Source of the DNA: Parachlamydiales bacterium
GTDB taxonomy: Bacteria > Chlamydiota > Chlamydiia > Chlamydiales > Rhabdochlamydiaceae
Direction: 5' to 3'
DNA length: 64,000 nucleotides
NCBI GenBank assembly: GCA_963705295.1
Contig: OY970065.1
Coordinates: 32,001-96,000, forward strand
The notes beneath the pieces were generated by a model. The model saw nothing but the letters and a program-made list of their open reading frames with translations. It ran no database searches and had not been told where the DNA came from. Position 1 is the stretch's first letter. The number at the start of each line of letters is the position of its first letter. The position numbers and the translations under genes are program-made. Shown in pieces: positions 42,443-51,977 of this stretch.

Positions 42443-43771
42443 ATGGAAAAAGTTGAAACAGAAGCCCCTTCTGAATTTTCGAATGAACTTCTTCAAGTGA
42501 AGGTTCATTTCAAACCCAATTGTAAGGTTGAACTGGAGATTCAGGCTGTCCCTTCGATTGTTCAGGAAGCCCATACGAAAGCTGTTAAAGCCGTTGGAAA
42601 AGAAGTTACGCTTCCCGGTTTTCGTAAAGGAAAAGGGCCCGAATCGTTGGTAGAAAAAAATTATCCGAAGCAGATCGAAGAACAAAGACAAAAAAGCATT
42701 GCCGATGTTGTTTTCCGAGAAAGCATGAAGCTTGTGAAAGTTCCCCTCCTCAATAATGAACCGAAAATTGGGTATAATATTAAAACTCATTCTCTTACAG
42801 ACGGAGCCAATCTGATCCTTTTCTTTGAAACAGAACCGACCATTCCAATGATTAATCCCCAAGATATCACCCTTAAAAAAGTGGAGCGGCCTGCAGTCAA
42901 TGAAGATAAGGTGAATGAAACGATTCGGCAAATCCAACTCTTTTTTGCCAGCTGGAAAAAATTAGATCGGCCGATCCAAGAAAATGATTTTGTGCTGCTC
43001 GATGTCGACTTGATCGAAGAAGATCCTCCGAGAAAGCTTTTTGCCGATGTTCGGTTTGAAGTGACCGATCGGTCGATGGCAAAATGGATGAAAGATCTCG
43101 TTCTTGGCCACTCGCGCGGAGAAATTCTTGAAGGAGTCAGCATTCCCGATAAGGAAGCCTCTACTAAAGACCAAGAAGAATTAAAGCCGAAAAAAGTGCG
43201 CGTCGTGATCAAGGAAGTTGAACAAGCAACACTTCCTGAATTAGGTGACCCGTTTGCTCGGCAACTCGGCGCTTCCTCCGTCGATGATCTTCGAAATCGG
43301 ATTGAACAACTCCTCCATCAAAAAGCCGAAGCCCATGTTCAAGAAAAATTGCGCGAGGAAGTGAGTGAAATGGTCATCACAAAATACCCTTTTGATGTTC
43401 CGATGAGTTTGATTGATCGAGAAGTCCGTTACCGGATGCAGCAACTACTTCAAGATAAAGAATATGGACAACATTGGAATAGCATGACTCAGGAAGCTAA
43501 AAAAAGAGCTGTCGGGGCGATTGCAGAACAATCGGAAAAAGCTGTTCGGATGTTTTATATCTGTCGAAAAATTTTGGCCGACGCCCATATTAAAGTCTCT
43601 CCGAATGATATTCCAAAGCCTCCCACCACTCCTTTGGATATGCTGCTCGGAGATCACCGCGAATTTCATCCACAAGAAAAAACCGAAGTGCATGAAGCGG
43701 AAGCATATTCTCGTCTTCTTCTTGAAAAAGCCGAAGATTATATTATTGCGCATGCCGCTATTGCGGAATAA
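42443..43771 (+). CDS. tig: trigger factor
   Basis: LPGFRKGKGP ribosome-binding motif; upstream of clpPX; start placed at ATG 42443, after the tRNA. Confidence 0.92.
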   Translation: MEKVETEAPSEFSNELLQVKVHFKPNCKVELEIQAVPSIVQEAHTKAVKAVGKEVTLPGFRKGKGPESLVEKNYPKQIEEQRQKSIADVVFRESMKLVKVPLLNNEPKIGYNIKTHSLTDGANLILFFETEPTIPMINPQDITLKKVERPAVNEDKVNETIRQIQLFFASWKKLDRPIQENDFVLLDVDLIEEDPPRKLFADVRFEVTDRSMAKWMKDLVLGHSRGEILEGVSIPDKEASTKDQEELKPKKVRVVIKEVEQATLPELGDPFARQLGASSVDDLRNRIEQLLHQKAEAHVQEKLREEVSEMVITKYPFDVPMSLIDREVRYRMQQLLQDKEYGQHWNSMTQEAKKRAVGAIAEQSEKAVRMFYICRKILADAHIKVSPNDIPKPPTTPLDMLLGDHREFHPQEKTEVHEAEAYSRLLLEKAEDYIIAHAAIAE

Positions 43772-43815
43772 CTGTCTCATCGGCAATATACTGAAAAAAC
43801 AGACAATAGGATTTT

Positions 43816-44412
43816 ATGTATCAAGTCCCCTATGTAGTCGAAGATACTGGCCGTGGCGAAAGGGCCATGGATATTTACTCCCGTCTCCTAAAAGATCGGA
43901 TTGTATTTCTCGGTACAGAGATCAACGATGCCGTTGCAAACACCGTGATTGCGCAGCTGCTCTTTCTTCGAGCTGAAGACCCCAAAAAAGACATTAGTAT
44001 CTATATCAATTCTCCGGGCGGTATCATCTCTTCCGGACTTGCGATTTATGACACCATGAAATATATGGGTTATGACATCAATACATACTGTATCGGCCAG
44101 GCAGCTTCGATGGGAGCTCTTTTACTCTGTGCGGGAACAAAAGGAAAAAGGTTTGCACTACCCAACAGCCGCATCATGATCCATCAACCCGCTGGCGGAG
44201 TCACCGGTACAGCAGCTGACATCCAACTTCTTGCAAAAGAGATTTTGACACTAAAAGATCTTTGCGCACTCATTATCAGTGACAATACAGGTCAACCGAT
44301 TGAAAAGGTCAAAGAAGATTCTGAGCGAGATTATTGGATGAATCCTGGGCAAGCTTTAGATTATGGACTGATCGACAAGATCGCTTCGCAGCCACAGAAA
44401 CTACCCAAATGA
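43816..44412 (+). CDS. clpP: Clp protease proteolytic subunit
   Basis: [35 protein letters not shown]. Confidence 0.97.
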   Translation: MYQVPYVVEDTGRGERAMDIYSRLLKDRIVFLGTEINDAVANTVIAQLLFLRAEDPKKDISIYINSPGGIISSGLAIYDTMKYMGYDINTYCIGQAASMGALLLCAGTKGKRFALPNSRIMIHQPAGGVTGTAADIQLLAKEILTLKDLCALIISDNTGQPIEKVKEDSERDYWMNPGQALDYGLIDKIASQPQKLPK

Positions 44413-45645
44413 CGAATAACAACAACAATAATAATAACAAAAAACAACCCGCGAGTTGTTCATTCTGTGGCAGATCTGAAGAAGCCGTTGAAAAACTCAT
44501 TTCAGGTCCTCAAGCCTTTATTTGCGACAAATGCGCTCGTCTCTGCATGGATATCATCGATAAAAAACCTGTCCATCACGAACTCCACCTTTTAAAGCCG
44601 AAGGAAATCAAGGAAAAACTTGACGAATATGTGATTGGTCAAGAGAGAGCGAAAAAGACGATTTCCGTCGCTGTCTATAACCATTATAAGAGAATCCGCT
44701 CCTTAACGAAGGAGAAGGACGTTGCTTATAGCAAATCGAACGTCCTTCTTTTGGGACCGACAGGATCGGGCAAAACATTGATGGCTAGGACGCTGGCTCA
44801 AATCCTCGATGTCCCGTTTGCCATTGCCGATGCGACGACTCTAACAGAAGCCGGCTATGTCGGCGAAGATGTCGAAAATATTATTCTACGCCTCGTTCAG
44901 GCCGCCGATTACGATGTCAGCAGAGCAGAACTCGGGATTATCTATGTCGATGAGATCGATAAGATCCGTAAAACAACTGGCAATGTCTCTATCACACGCG
45001 ATGTCTCGGGTGAAGGAGTTCAACAAGCTCTCCTCAAAATCGTCGAAGGCACCATCGCTAATGTTCCTCCCAAAGGAGGGCGAAAACATCCCAATCAAGA
45101 ATACATCAAAGTCAACACCGAAAATATCTTGTTTATCGTCGGAGGAGCCTTCGTCCACCTGGATAAAATCATCGCCAAACGACTCGGCCGAAGCACGATT
45201 GGATTTAGATGCCGGAGAAACCCAAGTCTTTGATACCCATGAAACCAACTATCTCCTCTCCAAAGTCGAACCCGAAGACCTCATCCAGTTTGGAATGATC
45301 CCTGAATTTGTCGGCCGTTTCAACAGCATTGCCAATTGCAACGAACTCACGATCGAAGACCTCGTCGATATTCTCATCAAACCCAAGAACGCGATCGTCA
45401 AACAATACCAACAGCTTTTTGCCGAAGAAGGGATCCAACTCCACTTCGACCCAGAATCCCTCAAATACATGGCCGAAAGAGCCAAATCGACCGGCACCGG
45501 CGCCCGCGCCCTCCGCATGATCGTCGAAAGCATGCTCCTCAATCTCATGTTCGAGGCCCCCTCCGATCCCACCATCAAAGAAATTACCATCAATAAAGAG
45601 TGCGTTCTCGGAAACGCCCCTCCCCTCGTAAAGCGCTCCGCCTAA
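44409..45645 (+). CDS. clpX: ClpX ATPase (one +1 frameshift near 45207)
   Basis: CSFCG zinc finger, [35 protein letters not shown] loop then an extra A (GGA TTT A GAT); GARALR lies in the second frame. Confidence 0.95.
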
Positions 45646-45662
45646 GGGATTTAGGAATTTTC

Positions 45663-45736
45663 ACCACAGAGAATACAGAGGGCGCCGAGTAAGGAGAGGA
45701 ATTTCCTGAATTTTCCTTCTCTGTGACCTCTGTGGT
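45663..45736. repeat. REP-like palindrome (ACCACAGAG...CTCTGTGGT family)
   Basis: ACCACAGAGAATACAGAG ... CTCTGTGACCTCTGTGGT after clpX. Confidence 0.7.
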
Positions 45737-45827
45737 AAATCTTCTTTCCTAAGCAGTTATAAAAACAAATAGCTGATAGTTATAAATAATTAAATATGAT
45801 ATAATACTCTCAAAATAAGAGGAACTA

Positions 45828-47744
45828 ATGTCATATTCTAATTTGCTAGATAGTATTCGATCTTTTTCGTTCGATACAATAACCGATCAATCTATTGAAA
45901 CACCCTTGCATCAGGCTATCGAGTCGTTATCGACCCGTTCTAATAAAGAATTAGAAACGGCTGTAAAGGAAAAATTTGAACAGGCGGTTGAAAGAGAACA
46001 AAGACAAGCTCTTGAAGTATTAACCAGGTACGCGTTAGAACACGGTAAAACCAAAATGATCGACGTCTGCCAAAGAATCGTTTCTGCTGTGCAATTGGAA
46101 AAGTGTTGTGGTGTTGTAAGTTCGACGGCTCTGGCTAAAAGAGAAGCCATGGTTGTCCCAAGACCTCCCAAGGTATCGGATGTTGCAAAATCGCTTTTTT
46201 TCCGTCTCCGGCATTCGCCCACCTTTGACCTTATTCTCGAAAAGATTATTTCAAATCCGATTTTGCTCGTTACAGGAACCCTCCAAGGATATTTAACGAT
46301 TATAGCCCGTTTTCCACCCGAGCACGTCATGGAAATTAAGGATTGTCTCCACCTTTTTAAAATGATGTTTAAGGATATGGCATGGGTTTTAAAAAGCTAC
46401 CTCAGCTTCTTCTCTTCCAAAACGAAGGCTGCAACTGCGGGAGCAGGCATTGTGGGAGTGTTTTTAATCCTCAATTACCTCCGCAGGTATCTTCAATTTA
46501 CGGCTAGAAATCAAAGAAATGGATTTCGAGCTATTGAAAACAAAGAACGGAACCTGACAACTGAAGCACGGCATGGTCAAATCCAAAGAATCGAAGGAAG
46601 AAGAAAAGAAAAAGAAATCATCTATTCCTGTTTGCACGGTAGCAGAATTCGAATCCCATTCCTTGTAGCTGAGACAGGGTCTGGCAAATCAGCATTGGTC
46701 GAAGGATTAGCATGGGATACCGCTTTTGACACCACGTCGCCTTTCTATGGGAAAACCATTATTTCGGTCAGCATGGCTACTTTTTATCAAGCCCAGGATA
46801 TCGATGCTTTCTTAAAAAAATTTGAAGGGCATGAAGATGAAATCATTCTATTCCTAGATGAGGCTCAAATTGCAGGGATGTCAGCAGGTAGTGCTTATAC
46901 TTTGCTGGAATATTTTAAAACGACGCTCCTCGAAAAAAAATTACGGATTATCTTCGCGACTACGAAGGAAGAATTCGACAAATATATTGCGACGAATCGT
47001 CCCTTTAAAAGACGCGTCAAACAAGTCCCATTGGATACCTTTCCCGACTCAGATACCAAAGCTGTTTTAAGAAGGCATATAAAAAAAGAAAATAGACAGG
47101 CCGACGAGGGAGTCTTTGATGCCATCGTAAGCATCACGCACAGGCCCGGCTTCCAAGATCAGGAAAATCCAAGTAAGGCGATAGATATCTTAGGTGAATT
47201 GATCAATTTTTGTGATGATTGGGTGCCCGTCAAAATCGGCGATGAATTGGCAAAACAAGAACAGCTTGAAAATGATCTTGATGATGAAATCCAGCTTGCA
47301 AATGCAAAACCCGAATGGAGCTCCTCGGCGAAAGGGATCGCTGCATTTCAACAACTCGATGAGGTGCGGGCCCATATCATTTCCTTACAAGATAAACAGC
47401 AAAAACAACGTGGTGACCTAACAAAAATCAAAGATCTGAAGGATCTTTTAGCCAGTTATAAAACCAACCTGTACCGGGCAACGCACGTGCTGGCCGACCA
47501 AAAGGGCCCCACCGATGAAAAAGTAGCCAGAACATTCCTTTTCTTCAAGTTCATCGTGATTCCAACCATGCTTGCCACTTTAAATGACACGGCTCGTCAC
47601 TTCGAAGAAACCTACGGAGAACGAATTCCTCTGAAAATCGATCTCGCAGCTGTCAGAAAACTGTATCCTGCTCCAACAGAGCCTTCGGATCCTGCTACAT
47701 CTTCATCCACTTTGACTTCGGCGGCGGCTTCCGCTTCTCACTGA
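45828..47744 (+). CDS. single-module Clp-like AAA+ ATPase with upstream hydrophobic segment
   Basis: NLTTEA..GQI..IEGR, Walker A AETGSGKS, Walker B ILFLDE, ATTKEEF, PFKRR, PSKAIDIL, coiled coil. Confidence 0.8.
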   Translation: MSYSNLLDSIRSFSFDTITDQSIETPLHQAIESLSTRSNKELETAVKEKFEQAVEREQRQALEVLTRYALEHGKTKMIDVCQRIVSAVQLEKCCGVVSSTALAKREAMVVPRPPKVSDVAKSLFFRLRHSPTFDLILEKIISNPILLVTGTLQGYLTIIARFPPEHVMEIKDCLHLFKMMFKDMAWVLKSYLSFFSSKTKAATAGAGIVGVFLILNYLRRYLQFTARNQRNGFRAIENKERNLTTEARHGQIQRIEGRRKEKEIIYSCLHGSRIRIPFLVAETGSGKSALVEGLAWDTAFDTTSPFYGKTIISVSMATFYQAQDIDAFLKKFEGHEDEIILFLDEAQIAGMSAGSAYTLLEYFKTTLLEKKLRIIFATTKEEFDKYIATNRPFKRRVKQVPLDTFPDSDTKAVLRRHIKKENRQADEGVFDAIVSITHRPGFQDQENPSKAIDILGELINFCDDWVPVKIGDELAKQEQLENDLDDEIQLANAKPEWSSSAKGIAAFQQLDEVRAHIISLQDKQQKQRGDLTKIKDLKDLLASYKTNLYRATHVLADQKGPTDEKVARTFLFFKFIVIPTMLATLNDTARHFEETYGERIPLKIDLAAVRKLYPAPTEPSDPATSSSTLTSAAASASH

Positions 47745-48108
47745 CGGGGGCTTTCGGTTCTTCGGCGGGCGGCTCGGTTGCTAAATAGAGTAGCAACCGG
47801 CCCACTATCTCACTGAGCTCACCTTTGGACTCTTGCACCGCTTGCCATTCCTCCTTATCAAATAAATCGGGATTGTCGAGCGAAGCGATGAGGGTTTCCT
47901 CATTGACAGAGACTCGGTTGATATAAGGATTTAATTGAAGGGCGAGTTGTTGTAAATTTTCTACTGTTATCTGAATCTGCTCTTCTTTCTTTTCTGCTTG
48001 TTCGATGAGTGATAGTTCTTTTTGAAAAAAACCGACGATTTCCTTGGCAACGACAGGAACAGAAATCTTCCCTGCATCAAATTCTTTTAAAACTTCAGAA
48101 AGACTCAT
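47695..48108 (-). CDS. hypothetical protein
   Basis: Acidic helical ORF with a basic tail; start placed at ATG 48108, outside the palindrome. Confidence 0.6.
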   Translation of the reverse strand: MSLSEVLKEFDAGKISVPVVAKEIVGFFQKELSLIEQAEKKEEQIQITVENLQQLALQLNPYINRVSVNEETLIASLDNPDLFDKEEWQAVQESKGELSEIVGRLLLYLATEPPAEEPKAPVSEKRKPPPKSKWMKM

Positions 48109-48123
48109 ATCTTTTAGGTTAGG

Positions 48124-48212
48124 GAGAAACCACAGAGGCACAGAGGGGGAAGAGGTAAGAGGAGAGAATTACTCTTCCTATCTCATCTTTCTCTGTGTCT
48201 CTGTGGTTTCTC
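48124..48212. repeat. REP-like palindrome (ACCACAGAG...CTCTGTGGT family)
   Basis: GAGAAACCACAGAGGCACAGAG / CTCTGTGTCTCTGTGGTTTCTC, 22-bp arms with one G-U pair. Confidence 0.8.
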
Positions 48213-48270
48213 TTAGTCCTTATCATATTTTCTTTTAAATTGCATTTTTATTCGGCTAACCGTACAACAT

Positions 48271-48678
48271 ATGGCAGGGACGATGATTAAAGGATACTTA
48301 GAGCAGCTCTTTCAGGAATTAAGTTTAGGGCCGGTTCCGGCCGTTGACGAACAGAAACTCTACCGGATAAAACTGGGGGAATTGGAGGTGGCTGTCCGGC
48401 AGCTCGATCCGGGGTGTTATCTTGCTTCAACGGTGGCTCCCATGCCAACGAAGAAAAAAGAAGATTTTCTCTTAATGCTGATGAAAGCCAACTTTCTCGG
48501 TCAGGGAACGGGAGGGGCGACTCTTGGACTCAAAGAAGATGAAAGTTTCTTGACACTCTCTTTGGGTTTACCTTATGAGATGAATTACAAGATGTTTAAA
48601 GAGAGCCTTGAGGAGTTCACCAACTTCCTAGACTATTGGAAAAAAGAAACCGCGAGGCATGAGGTCGAGGCCGATTAG
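48271..48678 (+). CDS. scc4: type III secretion chaperone Scc4 (CT663-like, CesT fold)
   Basis: LMKANFLGQGTGGATLGL...FKESLEEFTNFLDYW; first gene of the cds operon; TTGCAT-17-TACAAC promoter suggests ATG 48283 as the start. Confidence 0.85.
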   Translation: MAGTMIKGYLEQLFQELSLGPVPAVDEQKLYRIKLGELEVAVRQLDPGCYLASTVAPMPTKKKEDFLLMLMKANFLGQGTGGATLGLKEDESFLTLSLGLPYEMNYKMFKESLEEFTNFLDYWKKETARHEVEAD

Positions 48679-48680
48679 GT

Positions 48681-50363
48681 ATGGCAGGATATTTCATTGG
48701 AGAAGAAGGGCCTTTAGCGGGCCATATTTTGCGTTTTGAAGAGGGAAATGACTGGTCTTTGGGCCGGGATCGCGATGTTGTGACCCATGTTCTCGAAGAT
48801 CCGATGGTGTCCCGCAAACACGCTACTGTCCGCCTGACTCCCGAAGGTTATGTTCTTGAAAACTTGAGTTCTGTCAATCCTGCTACCCAAAATGGCAAAA
48901 TCATCACCGAGCCCGTTCTCCTCAAAGATGGGGATATCATTCAAATCGGAAATACCTTTTTCAGATTTACCGAAAAACTCCCCCAAGAAGAAATCGAAGC
49001 TCCCAATTTATTAGAAGAACCCTCGAATTTATCGAGTCTATCGATGGCAACCCCTCCCGAATCCCGCTGGATGTTGAAGGTCATTACAGGACCGAATGCG
49101 GGTGCCGAGTTTTTCATGCAAGCAGGCAAAACCTATGTGCTGGGGAAAGATCCAGAACTGTGTGATATTGTCTTCCAGGATTTGAGTGTTTCAAGGCAGC
49201 ACGCCCGGATCACGGTCGATGAGTCGGAGCAAGTCTTTATCGAGGATTTAGGGAGCCGCAATGGAACTTTGGTCGGCGGAAAACCGATCACCGATCGGCA
49301 TTTACTCTCTTCACAAGATGTTGTCGCCTTAGGAACCACATCGTTTTTAGTGATCGATCGACATCAGACTCGGGAAACAATTATTTCTGAAGTGACTCCT
49401 TCTGCAGAAGAAAAAGCTCCTGAAGCACAACCGGCGGTGCGTGACTGGCGCCAAATGGTCATTCCGAAAAAGTATCTGATCATCGGTGGTTTTTTAGGAT
49501 GTATTCTTTTGGTCTTTTTCGTAGGCATGGTCTCTCTTTTCAAAACAGAAAAAGTCGAAGTTTCTACGAAAAATGAAAATGAAAGAATCGGTGAAATTGT
49601 CCATAAATATCCTGGTGTTCAATTTTCCTACAACAAAGGGTCCGATAAACTTTTCTTGACAGGACACGTCATTACACCGATCGAAAAGCAAGAGCTACTC
49701 TATCAACTCCGAAGTCTTTCTTTCCTGAGTAAGGTCGAAGATACGGTGGTGATCGATGAATATGTCTGGTCGAATATCAATGCCCTTCTCATGAGCAATC
49801 CAGCTTGGCAAGGTGTTTCTATCCATTCGGTTGCTCCGGGTAAATTTGTAGCGCGGGGGTATTTGCAAACCCTTGAACAGGGACAAGCGTTGTCCGACTA
49901 TCTGAATATCAATTTCCCTTATCTCGATCGGCTCGACAATCAAGTGGTGATTGAAAGCAATCTCATGACGCAGGTGCAAAGCTTGCTCCTAGAGAAAGGT
50001 TTTAACAATGTGACCTATCAACTCACCGATGGGGAACTCGTTTTGAGCGGACGTGTGAATGGAAGAGATTCATCGAAATTTGAGCACTTAGTCAAAGATT
50101 TTAAAAATTTGAGCGGGATTCGGATTCTCAAAAATTATGTCATCTTCACAACAGAGGAAAGCTCTCTTGTCGATTTAACGAGCAAATATAAAGTGATGGG
50201 TTATTCAAAAAAAGATGGCGAAAATCACTTTGTCGTGATCAATGGAAAAATCCTCACTTTGGGAGACAATTTAGACGGAATGACTATCAAGGAAATCTCT
50301 CCCCAGACTGTGCTGCTCGAAAAAGATGGATTAAAATATAAGATTAACTACAATCTGCAATAA
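48681..50363 (+). CDS. cdsD: T3SS inner-membrane ring protein CdsD/SctD (two FHA domains, TM, BON-like)
   Basis: LGRD..VSRKHA and LGKD..VSRQHA..DLGSRNGT FHA motifs, TM, LEKDGLKYKINYN. Confidence 0.92.
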   Translation: MAGYFIGEEGPLAGHILRFEEGNDWSLGRDRDVVTHVLEDPMVSRKHATVRLTPEGYVLENLSSVNPATQNGKIITEPVLLKDGDIIQIGNTFFRFTEKLPQEEIEAPNLLEEPSNLSSLSMATPPESRWMLKVITGPNAGAEFFMQAGKTYVLGKDPELCDIVFQDLSVSRQHARITVDESEQVFIEDLGSRNGTLVGGKPITDRHLLSSQDVVALGTTSFLVIDRHQTRETIISEVTPSAEEKAPEAQPAVRDWRQMVIPKKYLIIGGFLGCILLVFFVGMVSLFKTEKVEVSTKNENERIGEIVHKYPGVQFSYNKGSDKLFLTGHVITPIEKQELLYQLRSLSFLSKVEDTVVIDEYVWSNINALLMSNPAWQGVSIHSVAPGKFVARGYLQTLEQGQALSDYLNINFPYLDRLDNQVVIESNLMTQVQSLLLEKGFNNVTYQLTDGELVLSGRVNGRDSSKFEHLVKDFKNLSGIRILKNYVIFTTEESSLVDLTSKYKVMGYSKKDGENHFVVINGKILTLGDNLDGMTIKEISPQTVLLEKDGLKYKINYNLQ

Positions 50364-50380
50364 AGGATGGTATACCCTCT

Positions 50381-50617
50381 ATGTACGGCTTGGAAAAAAA
50401 ACCCCAAATGGTGTTTGAGTTCGACCTAGAAAAAGAGCTCAAAAAAGATCCCAATAAACTGAAAGAATATTTGAAAAAAGCAGAAACAAGAATCCAAGAA
50501 ATCAAAAGTCTGCTTCGCGAAGGGACTAAAGGTAAAGATTTAGATGATCTAGGAGTTCTTCTCCATGGTTACACAGCTTTACAAAAAGTTCTCAATAGAT
50601 TAGCCCAAAAGAAATAG
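50381..50617 (+). CDS. cdsE: T3SS needle chaperone CdsE (CT665-like)
   Basis: MYGLE..FEFDLEKEL..IKSLLREG..LLHGYTALQKVL; position. Confidence 0.85.
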   Translation: MYGLEKKPQMVFEFDLEKELKKDPNKLKEYLKKAETRIQEIKSLLREGTKGKDLDDLGVLLHGYTALQKVLNRLAQKK

Positions 50618-50626
50618 GAGAAAATT

Positions 50627-50875
50627 ATGGCATTAACGAATTGGTGTACCCTTTCCTTTACGTCTCTGATTAACATGTACAAAGCGATTCAGAGCCAATT
50701 GGCTGTTCAAGTAAAATCGCTGGCGACAAACAATTCCCAGGCACAACCTGGTAAATTTTTAATGGTCCAATTTGCCATGAGCCAAGTGACGCAGATTGGT
50801 GATTCGATTTCAAACCTGATTTCACAGGTGCAATCGATGATCAATAACGCCGTCCGGAACCAAAAAACATCATAA
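50627..50875 (+). CDS. cdsF: T3SS needle protein CdsF/SctF
   Basis: 82-aa helical hairpin, QFAMSQ..ISNLIS....MINNAVRNQK; lies between cdsE and cdsG. Confidence 0.8.
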   Translation: MALTNWCTLSFTSLINMYKAIQSQLAVQVKSLATNNSQAQPGKFLMVQFAMSQVTQIGDSISNLISQVQSMINNAVRNQKTS

Positions 50876-50890
50876 TAGAGGAATTAAAAG

Positions 50891-51346
50891 ATGGCACAAC
50901 TACAAAAATACAAAGACGACTTCTTCTTATTTTTGGAAGGTGGCTTTATCGCTGCCAGCCAAACCGATGAAGATGCAGCTCTCAAACTTTTCCGTACTGC
51001 AGAGCTGATGAGACCCGATAATAAGTTGATCAAAGTGGGATACGGTTATATCCACCTTTTAAAACTCGAATTGCAACAAGCGATTAAGACATTCGAAGAA
51101 GTTTTAAAAACCGATCCAACCAATGACATGGCACGGGCAATGTTGGGGCTGAGCACAGCGTTGACTGGAAAAGAAACCGATAAAGGTGAAAAAATTCTGC
51201 ACGAAGCAGCGGAAAGAACTCAAGATTCAACCGTAAAAAATATGGCGAACACCGCGATAGAATTCGTTGAATTTTTCGTGAAAAAGCAACCTGGTCCTCT
51301 TCAAGCGCCTCAACCGAAGAAGAAAAAGAAAGGAAAGAATGGTTGA
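50891..51346 (+). CDS. cdsG: TPR chaperone CdsG (CT667-like)
   Basis: DFFLFLEGGFIA..DEDAA.KLF; TPR pattern. Confidence 0.85.
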   Translation: MAQLQKYKDDFFLFLEGGFIAASQTDEDAALKLFRTAELMRPDNKLIKVGYGYIHLLKLELQQAIKTFEEVLKTDPTNDMARAMLGLSTALTGKETDKGEKILHEAAERTQDSTVKNMANTAIEFVEFFVKKQPGPLQAPQPKKKKKGKNG

Positions 51347-51977
51347 TCGTCCTGACCGCCTAGATCCCGTTCGCCGCGTTGGAGAAGAGAAACTTCCTGG
51401 AGGACCCACACCTCAGCCTCCTGGGCCTCAACCGTTTGAAAAATATATGGAACAGGCAGGTCAGCAGCCTGCTCAAGCCGGTAAAGCCCCTGGAGTTTCC
51501 CCTTTTGAACTCCCCCAGGCGACCACTCCTCTAGGCCCTCCGACGTTTGATAGCTTACTTGGGCAAGTGAAATCGGCCCAAGGGATGCTCGGTGATATCA
51601 ACTCAGGTTTGCAAACGAAAAACCTTAAATTGAAACCGTCGCAACGGTACCTTTTGCGCAACAAACTGACCGACGCCAATGCCCACCTCCAGGCAGCCAA
51701 TGCTAAAATGGGCGCTGAAGTCGTTGCACCTCCCCCCTCAACGGGCGGAGGTATCATGGGAAAATTTCTCGATTATGTTGCCCAAGGACAAACCAACCTC
51801 GCTGCAGCTCAACAGCAGATCGGGAGTCTCAAAGATAAAGGAATGAGTCTCAAGCCTGCCGATTTTCTGGCCGTCCAATTAAAACTAGCACATGCGCAGC
51901 AAGAGATCGAATACGCTTCGATCATGCTCTCTCAAGCCGTTAAGGATATGCAAACCCTCTTTGGCGTCCAATTGTAA
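51339..51977 (+). CDS. T3SS-associated protein (CT668-like)
   Basis: Pro-rich N-terminus; LKPADFLAVQLKLAHAQQEIEY..LFGVQL; directly before cdsN. Confidence 0.75.
   Translation: MVDRPDRLDPVRRVGEEKLPGGPTPQPPGPQPFEKYMEQAGQQPAQAGKAPGVSPFELPQATTPLGPPTFDSLLGQVKSAQGMLGDINSGLQTKNLKLKPSQRYLLRNKLTDANAHLQAANAKMGAEVVAPPPSTGGGIMGKFLDYVAQGQTNLAAAQQQIGSLKDKGMSLKPADFLAVQLKLAHAQQEIEYASIMLSQAVKDMQTLFGVQL

Noticed and set aside
45195..45235. Programmed frameshift in clpX
   Set aside because: No slippery heptamer or downstream structure; a single extra base in an assembly with other indels.
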